A stretch of 63,126 nucleotides of DNA, filler included, from Stramenopiles sp. TOSAG23-3 (Eukaryota), in NCBI GenBank assembly GCA_900128585.1. It is 31 parts of 31 records of this genome, joined end to end, with 100 filler letters (N's around TTAATTAATTAA, not from the genome) between each part and the next. Parts side by side here need not be neighbours in the genome. Positions count along the whole stretch, not along the records: positions 10,261 to 12,208 come from LT645210.1; positions 12,309 to 14,255 come from LT645211.1; positions 14,356 to 16,301 come from LT645212.1; positions 16,402 to 18,345 come from LT645213.1; positions 18,446 to 20,389 come from LT645214.1; positions 20,490 to 22,432 come from LT645215.1; 25 more parts are not named here. The stretch is one strand, 5' to 3'. The first letter of the stretch is position 1, and each line of letters opens with the position of its first letter. This document shows, piece after piece, positions 10,261 through 20,891 of this stretch. The translations under genes were made by a program, and so were the position numbers. The notes below the pieces were generated by a model, which saw only the letters and a program-made list of their open reading frames with translations, was not told the DNA's origin and made no database searches.

Positions 10261-12208
10261 CGCCCCGGGAGACCCACCGCCGCCTCCTGAACTTTTCGGG
10301 TTGCCCCCCGCCCCCGCCCCGGGAGACCCACCGCCGCCTGGGACGCCATTGCAGCTGCAGAGGATTTCGAAATCGCCACATTTTCTGTCACGGTAGCAGC
10401 ATTGGGTTCGATCTCACCCCCAACAATTGTCTGCGATACTGTCTTGGATTGCCTCATTCGTTCGTCCAACTTTGCACCATGCTGCAACAGCTTTCGACCC
10501 GCAGAGGATCTTCCTGGGTTTGCATGTAACGCTTTAAGCCGTTTCTGCGCTTCAAAGTACGACAGACAGGAACTGTATTTTTGTTCAATCTGAAACGCGG
10601 AAAGCCGGCATTGCAGATTTGTGTCTAAAATCTCCACACAAACGTTTGAGAGAGAATGGTTCGATGTTTCCCGGTATTTTTCGAACGCTTTCACAAGGGT
10701 AGATTTTGAGTAGTTGGAATTTTCCCAAAACTTTAGCAGTCTGCTGTGATTTTGCAAGCACGATGCCCCCATGTTGTCCGTTTGAAAGCGCGATAGTGCA
10801 GAAAGGCAGTGCGGCTCTTCCAGGTTGTAGCTCATGTTTCCCATTTTTATAATCGCAGCGCATGATGCGTAGCGCAAGATCCGTGCCCGTTTGGCTCGGG
10901 AAGTTTCGTTCGACGCTGTATCGTTAAAAATGTCAAAAATTATGCGCTGGTGAAAGTTAGGCGGGGTTCCCAGTTTTGTGGATTCGTTGGGCAAACTTGC
11001 AGAATCCTGTACCCGGAGGGTTTTGTTCGCAGTTGGAACGCGACGAAACACGCCCAGCCGGGCCCTAAGAGCGCCATCATTCGTCCCCTCCGTGATTGAT
11101 GGGGTTGATGGGGTTGGAAAGTCAACCAAAAGGAAGAAACGGGGTGAAACTTTCATCACATACGGATACATATGAAGCTTCTGCAGTCGATTGTTCCCGG
11201 TGTGGATATGGTGAGTCGCCATTCCTAAGTCCTTAAATTTGAACGGATTGGCCCAGTTTAGGAATTTCTTTGCGTTATCTATGATTGGGGCTGCCTTATC
11301 TATGATTGGGGCTACAAAGGGTTTTGCCACATTAATGCCTGTTTGGACCGTTTGTTTTACAAACGGCCGGGTGCTGTCGATCATTGTGTTTACATTCTGA
11401 TCTACCCACGAATTGGTATAAACCGTGCTGGCAGTCATTCCACCAGCCAATGATCCCGTCGTAGCCCCTATGGCCATACCCGGTACAGCTCCAACAACAG
11501 GAACCGTGACCCCACCGGTAAAACTTCCGGCAAGTTTACCGAATTTGGAACCAATGTTTTGCCCCAATTTCGTCACCAAGAAATTGTCCACTTGTTTCAC
11601 ACTGCCAAGAGAAAAATCGGTAATTTTTCCAGCCAATGACGCATCGTTGCTGTTTGCCATTTGGGTAGTACCGCCGGAAACGATACCATAGGCATTCAAC
11701 GCAGTCCCCGCACCTTTCACGCCCTTCAATGCTTTAGTAAGAGTGGGGTTAGAGGTTGGCACTACAGCACTTGGCTGCACGGGTGAACTTCCCATGTTAT
11801 ATTTCCCCAGCCCGTTTGCCGGACCAAGCTGTGAGGCAGATGGTGACGTGCCCCACCCTGGTTGAGTCACTACTTTAGGGGCCAGTGGATTCGATTTCGG
11901 TGCAGGCACTAGATTTGGCTGCACGGGTGGTGAACTTCCCATGTTATATTTCCCCAGCCCGTTTGCCGAATCAAGCTGTGAGGTAGTTTGTGTCGTGCCC
12001 CACCCTGGTGGAGGCACTACTGCAGGGGCCCTTGGATTCGATTTCGGCAGATTCGATGTCGGTGCTGAACTTCCCCCGTTTCCCGAACCAGGCAGTGTGC
12101 CGCTTGCTTGGTTTACCTGGGCTGACTCCAGCGCTAGTTTTGCTGTATTTTGCGAGACCCCAAGGACATCGTTGGTGGTTTGATCCAGGGCATGATTGGC
12201 GAGAGGTG
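10261..12208 (-). CDS. Partial hypothetical protein with Pro/Gly-rich tandem repeats, a glycine-zipper segment and a Cys-containing helical region
   Basis: Frame open across the whole contig. A ~48-aa repeat (PGWGT..SQL..ANGLGKYNMGSSP) occurs twice, GGVTVPVVGAVPGMAIGATTGSLAGG is present, and there is a 54-bp repeat at 10261/10315. Confidence 0.7.
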
Positions 12209-12387
12209 NNNNNNNNNNNNNNNNNNNNNNNNNNNNNNNNNNNNNNNNNNNNTTAATTAATTAANNNNNNNNNNNNNNNNNNNNNNNNNNNNNNNNNNNN
12301 NNNNNNNNCGAAGAAGAGGAGAAGAAGAAGACGATGACTCTGGTTTTGTTTTATTGATTGTTGTTGCAGCTGTTGTTGTGTTGAAGT

Positions 12388-12799
12388 GGCCAAACGGCGA
12401 CTAAGGGATGAGAAACGGCTGCAGAAAGAGAAGGATAACTTGAAATTTATTATCCAGGAGGCTCAGGAGAAGCAGCTGGCCGCGGAAGCGGAGGCGAAGA
12501 GGGTGAAGCAGCAGCTCGCAAACTCTCCCGGAAAAGGGCTGTACGCATCTGTCCCTGACCTTCGCATGACTACGGACTTGGGCTCGTTCGCGGAGCACGA
12601 CGTTCCATTGTACGGTTCCCTCCCCACGATCGAGTCGGCGTCCCCGAGCCCAGCGAAAGCGCCGATGAGCCTTTCGGAGCATGCAGACATTCAGCGAGAG
12701 GAAGAGCGGAACGACAGGCTCGCGCTGTACCGGGAGCAGCAGCGGCAAAAAGAGAAGAACAAGAGCGAGATGTACTTTTGGAGGCACAGCAAGAAATAA
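12388..12799 (+). CDS. C-terminal fragment of a coiled-coil protein
   Basis: GC-rich, E/K/R/Q-rich frame ending in TAA. The 5' part is abruptly replaced by the contig's inverted terminal 79-mer. Confidence 0.55.
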
Positions 12800-12914
12800 A
12801 ACCAGGCAAATCTCCAAACGCGAAACGTATACTCTTTTTGGTTTTTATTGGTGGCATGTATGTTTTATACACCAAATAAAATATAGACAGAAAAAGTACA
12901 AAAAATAAAAAATA

Positions 12915-12943
12915 TAAATAACAGCCAATTTTCTTCTTGTTTT
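12915..12943 (-). repeat. 3'-element family copy
   Basis: taaataacagccaattttcttcttgtttt. Confidence 0.8.
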
Positions 12944-13036
12944 AAATAAAAAAAAATATGATATTTTAATTAAATTAAAAGAAAAAAACAAAAAAGGAGG
13001 AGAAGAAAACAAAAAAAAAATTAATATATTATCGGC

Positions 13037-13095
13037 GGTACGGGTACCTAGGTACCTGTACCTGGTATATACCTGGTACCAGGTACCGTACCGGT
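13037..13095. repeat. GGTACC/GTAC palindrome-rich tract
   Basis: ggtacgggtacctaggtacctgtacctggtatatacctggtaccaggtaccgtaccggt. Confidence 0.85.
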
Positions 13096-13271
13096 GGTTC
13101 TCCCTCTCCCTCCTCTTGCATTTTATTCCTTTTAATTATTCTTATTTACTACGTAAGAGTTCTAAATAAAGTACCTACGAACTCTTATAAAAAAAATGTT
13201 TACTAGTCTAATTTGCATTTTTATAACTTTCTAGATGTACTGGTACTTCTGTGATACTCATTTCCAGATTT

Positions 13272-13952
13272 TCAGTCGCGTGGCGGTGGTACATTTCGGA
13301 CGAGATCAACCTCGTCCCATATCGAAAAAAAAGTATTTTTACTCTCGGCGCTCGTCGCCTTCGTCGTGTCGATCAGGCCTGTGCGTAAGCAGCAAGACAC
13401 AAATTCTAAGAATGGTGCGCACACGAATCCATGCAATAAGTTTGGCGGAGCTCCGAACCGTTCGTGTGCACAATGACCCATCAACTGAAACACGAATGAA
13501 GCAATCACGATTCCAATGCCTACGCCTCCAAACAGCACATTCAGCGACAAGGAAGATAGGGTCGAGTCCACGCTCCACGTCGCTTCTATCGATGATTTGA
13601 GAAGAAAAATGGCGTACACCTGGGCAGGAACGGCACATGATATATACGCCGCACCAATCTTCTTTCCCAGAAACAGTACGTATACCGTGTAGAAAGCCAA
13701 CAATATCCAGCTCGGGGCGTAGAAATACGAAGCGCCGCCTATCGCAAGCGTTGAAATACCAACGCCGATCCCGTACGTGTGCAGGAAAAGAAGATGGTTT
13801 ATGTGCAGCCCCAGTGAATAATGGTACGCCAGATGGTACACCATCGCCTCCCTTAAATGAAACGGGCGGAATGAAACGACAAATGTTCTCGGCTTGTCCC
13901 ACAGGCAGCACCGCGATGTCTCCTCTACGGCGGCGTAGTTCGACGATGCCAT
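13272..13952 (-). CDS. Mpo1/DUF962-like multi-pass membrane protein (2-hydroxy fatty acid dioxygenase family)
   Basis: YHLAYH..HINHL and FQLMGHCAHE..PP..GFVCAP motifs flank hydrophobic helices. Confidence 0.7.
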   Translation of the reverse strand: MASSNYAAVEETSRCCLWDKPRTFVVSFRPFHLREAMVYHLAYHYSLGLHINHLLFLHTYGIGVGISTLAIGGASYFYAPSWILLAFYTVYVLFLGKKIGAAYISCAVPAQVYAIFLLKSSIEATWSVDSTLSSLSLNVLFGGVGIGIVIASFVFQLMGHCAHERFGAPPNLLHGFVCAPFLEFVSCCLRTGLIDTTKATSAESKNTFFSIWDEVDLVRNVPPPRD

Positions 13953-14608
13953 TTTGTAATTCGTATGGTTCCGCCGTGCCCGCACCGTGGACATAACCTC
14001 GCGCTGGGATATCGAGAGCAGCACTCTACCCGCCGCGTGCACCACTGGGCATGAAAACAATATCTCCTGCAAGTCATGCACCAAATGCACCCCCGTCCTC
14101 GACCGACTCTCTCTCTCCGTCCGTTCACCAAACTTCAAATCGTAAAATGTTTCCAAAACGACCAACGCGTTTATCAACTTCAACACAACAACAGCTGCAA
14201 CAACAATCAATAAAACAAAACCAGAGTCATCGTCTTCTTCTTCTCCTCTTCTTCGNNNNNNNNNNNNNNNNNNNNNNNNNNNNNNNNNNNNNNNNNNNNT
14301 TAATTAATTAANNNNNNNNNNNNNNNNNNNNNNNNNNNNNNNNNNNNNNNNNNNNTCGGTGTCACGTCGCCGCTTCTTCGGCTCTTCTTCTTTTCTTCTT
14401 CGGCTCTTCGGGGTTGTTTGTGTTTGTGATGTTTTTGTATTGGTTTGGGGGAAGGTGGTGAGTGTCGAGGTGTGGTGCCCAGAAACTTTTTGATCCATGT
14501 TGCCCCCATTCGTATTCAATTGCGTATTTTTTCGAGTATTTTTTCTACGTCTCCACCGATAGTTTTGCTGTACGTGGGAGAAGAACGGGGTTCTGATTTT
14601 TGTTTGTC

Positions 14609-15910
14609 ATGCCAGGTTTTGAAAGCGGGGTTCCACACACACAAAAACAAATTCGCAAAATTGGCGGATCCAGCTTTGCGCTTGTTGTTTGTGCAACGAC
14701 GAAAGAATACAGGTATCAGGTTCAAGCACATGTGAGTAGCAATGATGTTGTGTTGGAGATAGGATCATCGCACGGCAAAACTACAGATATGATTTCTAAG
14801 CGGACAAACAAAGTAGTCGGTGTCGACTTCATCAACTCTTTGGTTTTGGAGTCAAAAAAAAGATACCCACACATCCCGTTTTTTCAGCACGATGCTCGTG
14901 AAATTGAAAGTTGGTGGAAGTCAACTCTTCCGGTGACAGCCGAAAAATATTCGTTGGTATTTATTGACATTGCCGGAACAATTGAAGTATCTTATCTTCT
15001 GCCCATTATTCAAAACATAGAACGCTTCTTAAAGCCACGAATGATAGTCCTGAAGAGCCTGAATTGCGCAAAACTCTTGGCGAAGTTTGCCCGTGGGCAC
15101 AGCTTAAAAGCTGGCCCCAAACCGGCATTTCATAGCATCGATGGCAGCAGCATCGGTGATTCCAAAAATGCTGTTTTTGGTGCTGGTGCTTCTTCAGCAA
15201 TATCAATGCAATTAAGATCCCTCGCAGATAGAACGTTGCTTCTGTTAAAAGAGTCGAGGATTCCGTTTGCATTGCACAACTATTTTTCTCCGACAATACA
15301 GGCAAACGAAAAAAAGAAAGTAAACCGAGCCGAGACATGCCGTATTACCGACAAAAAGTTGCTTCACTGTGTACCGTCGGTCCTTTTGCACAACGAGCGC
15401 GCGGTCATGGTAATGTATAGCGTTGGCAGTTCTTTCAATACAGCGACGGTGTCCAATTCCCCGATCAAGCAATTTGCAGAAAAATGCAACCCAGGTGCCT
15501 GCAAGAGCCGTTTTTCGAAAGAAGTCTGTGAGGCAAACAAGAAATATATGCTTGCACCACCATTTCTTAAAAATTGTCCAATTTTACTCTGTGATGATGT
15601 TTTGAGCTTGAAGGGTACCGCTCCCGTATACTTTGAGCTGTATTTTGCAGAGTACATATCCATGTACAAATCGAATTTATGCAACTTAAGCGCAACGGCG
15701 TATCCATACAAGGCGTTCCACAGCGCAGAGGTCAGCGAACAACCTGCTGAAAAAGATGAAGGTGGAAGACTAATAAGCATTTCTGTCCCCAAACTAAGCA
15801 GCAATGCTGACATTTCTGGTAGAATCTTCAAAGCCGCAACAATAGCAGGAGCTTTCAGTGGCGGGATTAGTTTCTGTATTATAATGTCAGCACTGCAAAC
15901 AATCCTCTAA
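14609..15910 (+). CDS. Class I SAM-dependent methyltransferase-like protein with a possible YbaK/ProX-like second domain and a C-terminal TM
   Basis: VVLEIGSSHG (motif I), VVGVDF, HDA and LVFIDIAG. Later LAPPFLKNCPILLCDDVL..VYFE and a hydrophobic C-terminus. Confidence 0.7.
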   Translation: MPGFESGVPHTQKQIRKIGGSSFALVVCATTKEYRYQVQAHVSSNDVVLEIGSSHGKTTDMISKRTNKVVGVDFINSLVLESKKRYPHIPFFQHDAREIESWWKSTLPVTAEKYSLVFIDIAGTIEVSYLLPIIQNIERFLKPRMIVLKSLNCAKLLAKFARGHSLKAGPKPAFHSIDGSSIGDSKNAVFGAGASSAISMQLRSLADRTLLLLKESRIPFALHNYFSPTIQANEKKKVNRAETCRITDKKLLHCVPSVLLHNERAVMVMYSVGSSFNTATVSNSPIKQFAEKCNPGACKSRFSKEVCEANKKYMLAPPFLKNCPILLCDDVLSLKGTAPVYFELYFAEYISMYKSNLCNLSATAYPYKAFHSAEVSEQPAEKDEGGRLISISVPKLSSNADISGRIFKAATIAGAFSGGISFCIIMSALQTIL

Positions 15911-16017
15911 AAGAAGATGATCTGAACCTGTGGATTTCACTGCAAGAACGTAGTATGTTAAATTTGATAGTCCAATAGTCTACTGTTGATAAAGGACCAA
16001 ATCCTCGCGGTGTAGAA

Positions 16018-16135
16018 AAGCATTTAAAAAAAAACTAATGATATATCATATCATATGTTAGTATCATATGTTTTAAGACTCTCAAGATTATCCATTTAAA
16101 AAAAACAAATTATATAGTATGTTTTAAGACCCTCA
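16018..16135 (+). repeat. Tail module of the 3'-element family (TAGTATGTTTTAAGACTCTCAAGATTATCC); also at 31458-31482 (+) and 59217-59270 (-)
   Basis: Near-identical sequence at three loci. At 59217 it is directly contiguous with the core element. Confidence 0.8.
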
Positions 16136-16787
16136 TTTATTAAATTTCTTAAAACATCTGAGTAGACTTAGAGTACTTCGTAGAAAATAAATTATTTTTT
16201 CAATAAGGGGAATGCCGCGATTTACCAAATTTTTTCCCGGCGCGCGATTTCGTTTTTGCCCGTCCTGCTTTAAACTCCTGTCTGTCTGCAAAGGCTTGGC
16301 CNNNNNNNNNNNNNNNNNNNNNNNNNNNNNNNNNNNNNNNNNNNNTTAATTAATTAANNNNNNNNNNNNNNNNNNNNNNNNNNNNNNNNNNNNNNNNNNN
16401 NCCCCACCACAACCTGAGGGGGAGGGATTCTACTTCAGGTCGGTCTGTATGTGGTGCGACGGAAGATAGGAAGAGGAAGGATGATACGGTAGTCACACAC
16501 ACGAAGAACCAGAACCACCGATGAGAGACGATGAGGAACCGGCAGGAACAACGAACCGGCAGGAGGAGAATATATTATCGATCATGTTGTTTTAACATAT
16601 TTAATTAAATAGTAAGATGATGAATGCAGCGTGTTATTTCAATCAGCATAAACAAATTGCATGAAGTGATAGTACATTACGGAAGTACTATACGGAGGAG
16701 GAAACTGCACAGTTGTTTATTTTTTTTTGGGATATCACAAAACGCACGAGGAGCGGGGGAAGATTTAAAGGCAAGCAAGGGAGAGCA

Positions 16788-18345
16788 ATGCCAGCCTCCA
16801 TGCACCCGGTCAGCTCGGGCGTGAAAGGTCGTCAGCCAATCAAAGTCGGGGACATTGAAGAGATAGTACCGTCGGACCCGCGGCGATGGGTTGGACACAA
16901 GCGGCGAAAGGGAAAGTACGAGCTCCGGGATTATGTGAAAGAGCTTTTGAGCCATTTAAAGGAGATGAAAGAGGAGCGCCTAAGTAGGACACCTCCGGTT
17001 TCGCTTGAAATGCTAGACTTTGACAGGGCCACTTCGGAAATTTTGAAACGTGGGTATCCCACAACACGGAAGAGTGAGGTCATTCACGTGTACCGCGACT
17101 TGGTGCGAGAAGGCATCGTCACACCGGACCAAGAAATAGAGAATCTTTTCATTAAAAAATTGAGCAAGAGTACCTTTGGAGGGGTAAACGTCAGCATCTT
17201 TCTCCCACCGGGCCACAACGCGCCAATGTGGTCCATCAATATCCGGAAAACGTCCGAGAAGTCTTTCAAGCTGACGGTCCTGGAGCGAAGGAGCGTGTAC
17301 ACGCTGGCGTCGTACATTGATTACGTTTCCAAACAACCTTCGTCGGGAAATACTCCCAACGACCGACTTCGCCGCGCGCAGCTGGTAAACGGAATGCACA
17401 GGATTCTTACCACATCAGAAGATGTAATCACGTTTGAGTTTTTAGGGGAAGGCACGAGGCGGAAAATCAAAGGAAACATTTTTGACATCGTCTCGATGGA
17501 AGGCCAGGTGTCTTTGAACAATCTTGAGATTGACCAAGACGTCCCAGGCTTGCTGAAAGGGTCACATGGGATAAAAAGCTGCACGTTTGGGTGCGTGTAT
17601 TGCCCCACTGAGGTAGACAAGGAGGGAAACCAGATCAACCCCAAGTCGTACTTGACACGGGAGCCCGGCGTCGTTCGCGCGGTTAGAAACGACTACAGCA
17701 CAACGTCGCAGGTGTACGACAGAATCGTGTCTCTTCGAGATATGGGCCACGAGTGTTCCAAGGTGTTTATACGGTGCGTGGGGGGGACATGGAGCGTATT
17801 CACGCAGTCCGGGCAGGAGAGTTTTATCCGGGATATTCTGTACGCCTTGAACACCATGGACGCCCCGTTGGGTAGGGAGAAACTCTCCTTGCTAGAGGAG
17901 CAGCAGATCAACGAGACGGCGGGCTGCCGCGCGGTTGAGATCTGCGTTGAGGACCACCCGAAGATGGTCTCCTACAGCAATTTAGCGTGGGCGCGATATT
18001 TGGGCATCACTGCAATTGAGATGGGGATACAGACGACCGACGACGCGATCCACAAGTTGACGAAGCGGGACTCGACCAGGGCTGAAATTATAAACCGAGC
18101 GATGATCACAAAAGAGTTTGGTTTCAAAACCCTAGCGCACGTGATGCCAGATTTGCCAGGAAGCACCCCGGAGAAAGACATTGCCGTAATCGACGATTTG
18201 ATGGACGGAATAGAACGTGTCCGCGTTGCAGATTACCGGTGGATAGGGGCCGGGCTCGCCATTCCAGCGGCAGTGATGTGCACGTCGGCCATGTACTATA
18301 CCGTCGAACAAAGCCCGTGGGAGGTTGCAGGAAACTGGCGTACAC
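16788..18345 (+). CDS. 3'-partial Elp3-like radical SAM protein, divergent, with insertions
   Basis: CTFGCVYCP (CxxxCxxC), PKSYLTREPGVVRA, LRDMGH..K..GGTW, EEQQINETA.CR, IEMGIQ and HVMPDLPGSTPEKD. Confidence 0.88.
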
Positions 18346-18445
18346 NNNNNNNNNNNNNNNNNNNNNNNNNNNNNNNNNNNNNNNNNNNNTTAATTAATTA
18401 ANNNNNNNNNNNNNNNNNNNNNNNNNNNNNNNNNNNNNNNNNNNN

Positions 18446-20389
18446 ACTCTCACGTGCCGGGTTTTCCAATTTTGCCCTGCGGCAGCCTTAAAAACGCTTC
18501 GCTTCGCGCTGCTTTTCAAAATCTCTACTTCGATCGGCGTTGCGTTTTGCTCAAGGGCCAGTCCCACAGTCTTCTGCATGAACATAGCCCTCAGGCTCTC
18601 CTCCCGTTCCCTCTCCAATTCTTTGACTTTCTCTGCTAATTCTTGCTGCACGATGGCCGTACATCGCGAACGGGCCGCCAGGCAAAGGTACGGATCCATA
18701 AATGTGTACGTCACTTTGTTCGTGCGTACGTCCATCGCTTTGCAAAATATTCCCGATTCTTCCAACGAATCTGCTACGCCCTCTAAGTCCGCCTTCAGGT
18801 CTTCGATTGGGCAAGCGGCTTCCAAATGTTCCAGCGGGAAAAAGTAACCTCGGAGGCTCGCGCTGTTGTATTGCTGGTGGCTTCGTTTTATGTCGGCTAC
18901 CCCTGCTGCCATTTTGATGACCTGTTGCTGGAGAACGTGCAACCGGTCTAACGTCATATAGCGAGAGCCTCGTATCCACGACGAATAAAACGTGCATTGC
19001 AATCTCTCGTCGACCGACGCCTTCAGGCCGTCCTCAGACCAGTGCACTCTGCTCAATTGTTTCGTACCGCCCCCGTCTCCACTGTCGGAATGCGCCCCGT
19101 TAGAGACAACGATAAAACCACGCGCCAGCAGTGCACCGGCCATTTCTAGCGCGGTTTTAGGGTTGCCTATCGAGTTGTCGACAAAGAATGTTGAAAGGTT
19201 TTGTTCCATTTCGGCACAATCAAAGAAAGAAAACAAAATCGTTTGGATTTGCCGCGGGGTCGCAACGCCCATTTTCGTTGCCATGACCGAGGGTAAACAG
19301 ACAAATTCGGCCCATGACACCTCGTTCATGAAATGAGCGTCGTCGATGCAAATAACACAACGGCGGGAGGCGGCCTTGTCGAGCAACTCGTTCAAACAGA
19401 ACAGTAGCATATCAAACATTAACGTGTCTTTTTGGCCCTGGTCAAGCTCTGCAGGTGTGCCCGTGTTTTTGTTCTGTTTGAAGTCCACCAAATCGAGCTC
19501 AATGGAAAATATGCCTTCTATAAGGTAAGTGTACTTTGCAAAACGTTCGTTGTGCTGCAACATATTGCGTACGTGTTCCTCTGCGCTTGGAAGTACATCT
19601 TCTTCGTTTGTGTAGATCTCTTCGACCATATTCTCCATAATACGGGCCCAAACAACGTAAGGGTTGCCCCTTTCGTACGCGGATACTTGGATACCAATCA
19701 CAATCGGTTTGATGGTTGTGTCCGATTCTTTATCCAAACTTGCTGCAGACTGTGTGGCGCAACAGCAGCTCACGAAGCGCTTTAGAAAGAAGGACTTGCC
19801 GCTTCCACGGCCTCCACTGATGACCAGACCGCCCCCATTCCCGGTCTCAATCAGCTCGCAGACCTTTTCCAACCCGTGGACAAAGGCATGCTCGCTTGCC
19901 GGGGCACACTGTGTGTCATTCAACTCCCCGACTCGCCTATATACCAGGTTGCGGGTGAGACCAAGCTTTGGAATGAACGAAGGGAGCCAGCTGACGGATA
20001 AATTAGCGTTGTCTGGCAAAATCGTGTTTGCGCCGTCCACGACCAGGCGGTATGCCGACCTCGTCGGGGGGGTATCGGTTTGCGAATCTATCGCAGACAT
20101 CCACGTGTCGTGCACTTTCATGTACAAATCGTGAAACGTTAGCACCCCTTTGAAATCACTGCTTTCCGGCCCCAGCGTACCAACGCCGTCGTCATTGGCT
20201 CCCTTCGGCACTGTGACCCAGAGACCTTGCAAACCATTCGTGCTTCGCACTATGCTGCATCCATCGCTCTTTGCCGGCATAAACAAAGGCGATACCATCG
20301 ATGGCTTGCTAGCCGAGGCCGGTGTGGATGGGGCTTTGGGTGGCGCTTTTGCATCGTTCTTATTTCCAATCATGTTGCCTATTCCAATC
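18446..20389 (-). CDS. Partial STAND-type P-loop NTPase (soluble adenylyl cyclase/MalT-like module) followed by the start of a PH-like domain
   Basis: Walker A SGGRGSGKS, Walker B VICIDDAHFM, GNP motif, LDRL..QQ.VIK.AA, and a C-terminal ILK..QNWKTRHV. Confidence 0.7.
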
Positions 20390-20489
20390 NNNNNNNNNNN
20401 NNNNNNNNNNNNNNNNNNNNNNNNNNNNNNNNNTTAATTAATTAANNNNNNNNNNNNNNNNNNNNNNNNNNNNNNNNNNNNNNNNNNNN

Positions 20490-20822
20490 GGAGCTGCATT
20501 ACAGTTTGCATCAAGCGCATTGAGGGGGGATCGGGAAATCGTCTTAGCTGCAGTTGAGCAAAATCCCATTGCGCTACAATATGCTAACGGTTCCATGCAG
20601 AAGGACAAATCTATTATCATGACAGCCGTCAAGAAAGACGGCATTGCAGTACGATGCACTATGAAAGAAATGCGGCAAGACTATGATATTGCGCGCGCTG
20701 CGTGCATACAAACAAGTAAGGCACTCCCGTACCTAAGCGAAGAGCTGCAAGAGCGCTTGAGAAAAGAATTGTATGAGGGCAACTTGAACGATTTTGATTT
20801 GGTCGAGTCTTCGGTGGAATAG
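20490..20822 (+). CDS. C-terminal fragment of a DUF4116-type short-repeat protein
   Basis: ALQFAS..LRGDREIVLAAVEQNPIALQYA..DKSIIMTAVKKDG repeats. Confidence 0.8.
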   Translation, partial: GAALQFASSALRGDREIVLAAVEQNPIALQYANGSMQKDKSIIMTAVKKDGIAVRCTMKEMRQDYDIARAACIQTSKALPYLSEELQERLRKELYEGNLNDFDLVESSVE

Positions 20823-20891
20823 TCAGGCATGCAGTACGTTTAAACGTTTGTGTTAAAAGTGTTCAGTTCAATTTGAGATTCTGATTTTTTT

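Noticed and set aside
10403-10420. GGGTTCGATC T-loop-like motif as a tRNA
   Set aside because: It lies within a long CDS and has no cloverleaf. No tRNA or rRNA gene was recognised anywhere in the window.
16228-16250. TTTTCCCGGCGCGCG as an E2F-type promoter site
   Set aside because: Imperfect match, and the downstream gene is off-contig, so it cannot be supported.
17214-17576. Elp3 insert as an intein or intron
   Set aside because: No N-terminal C/S plus C-terminal HN intein signature. The insert is stop-free and in frame, with coding-like composition.
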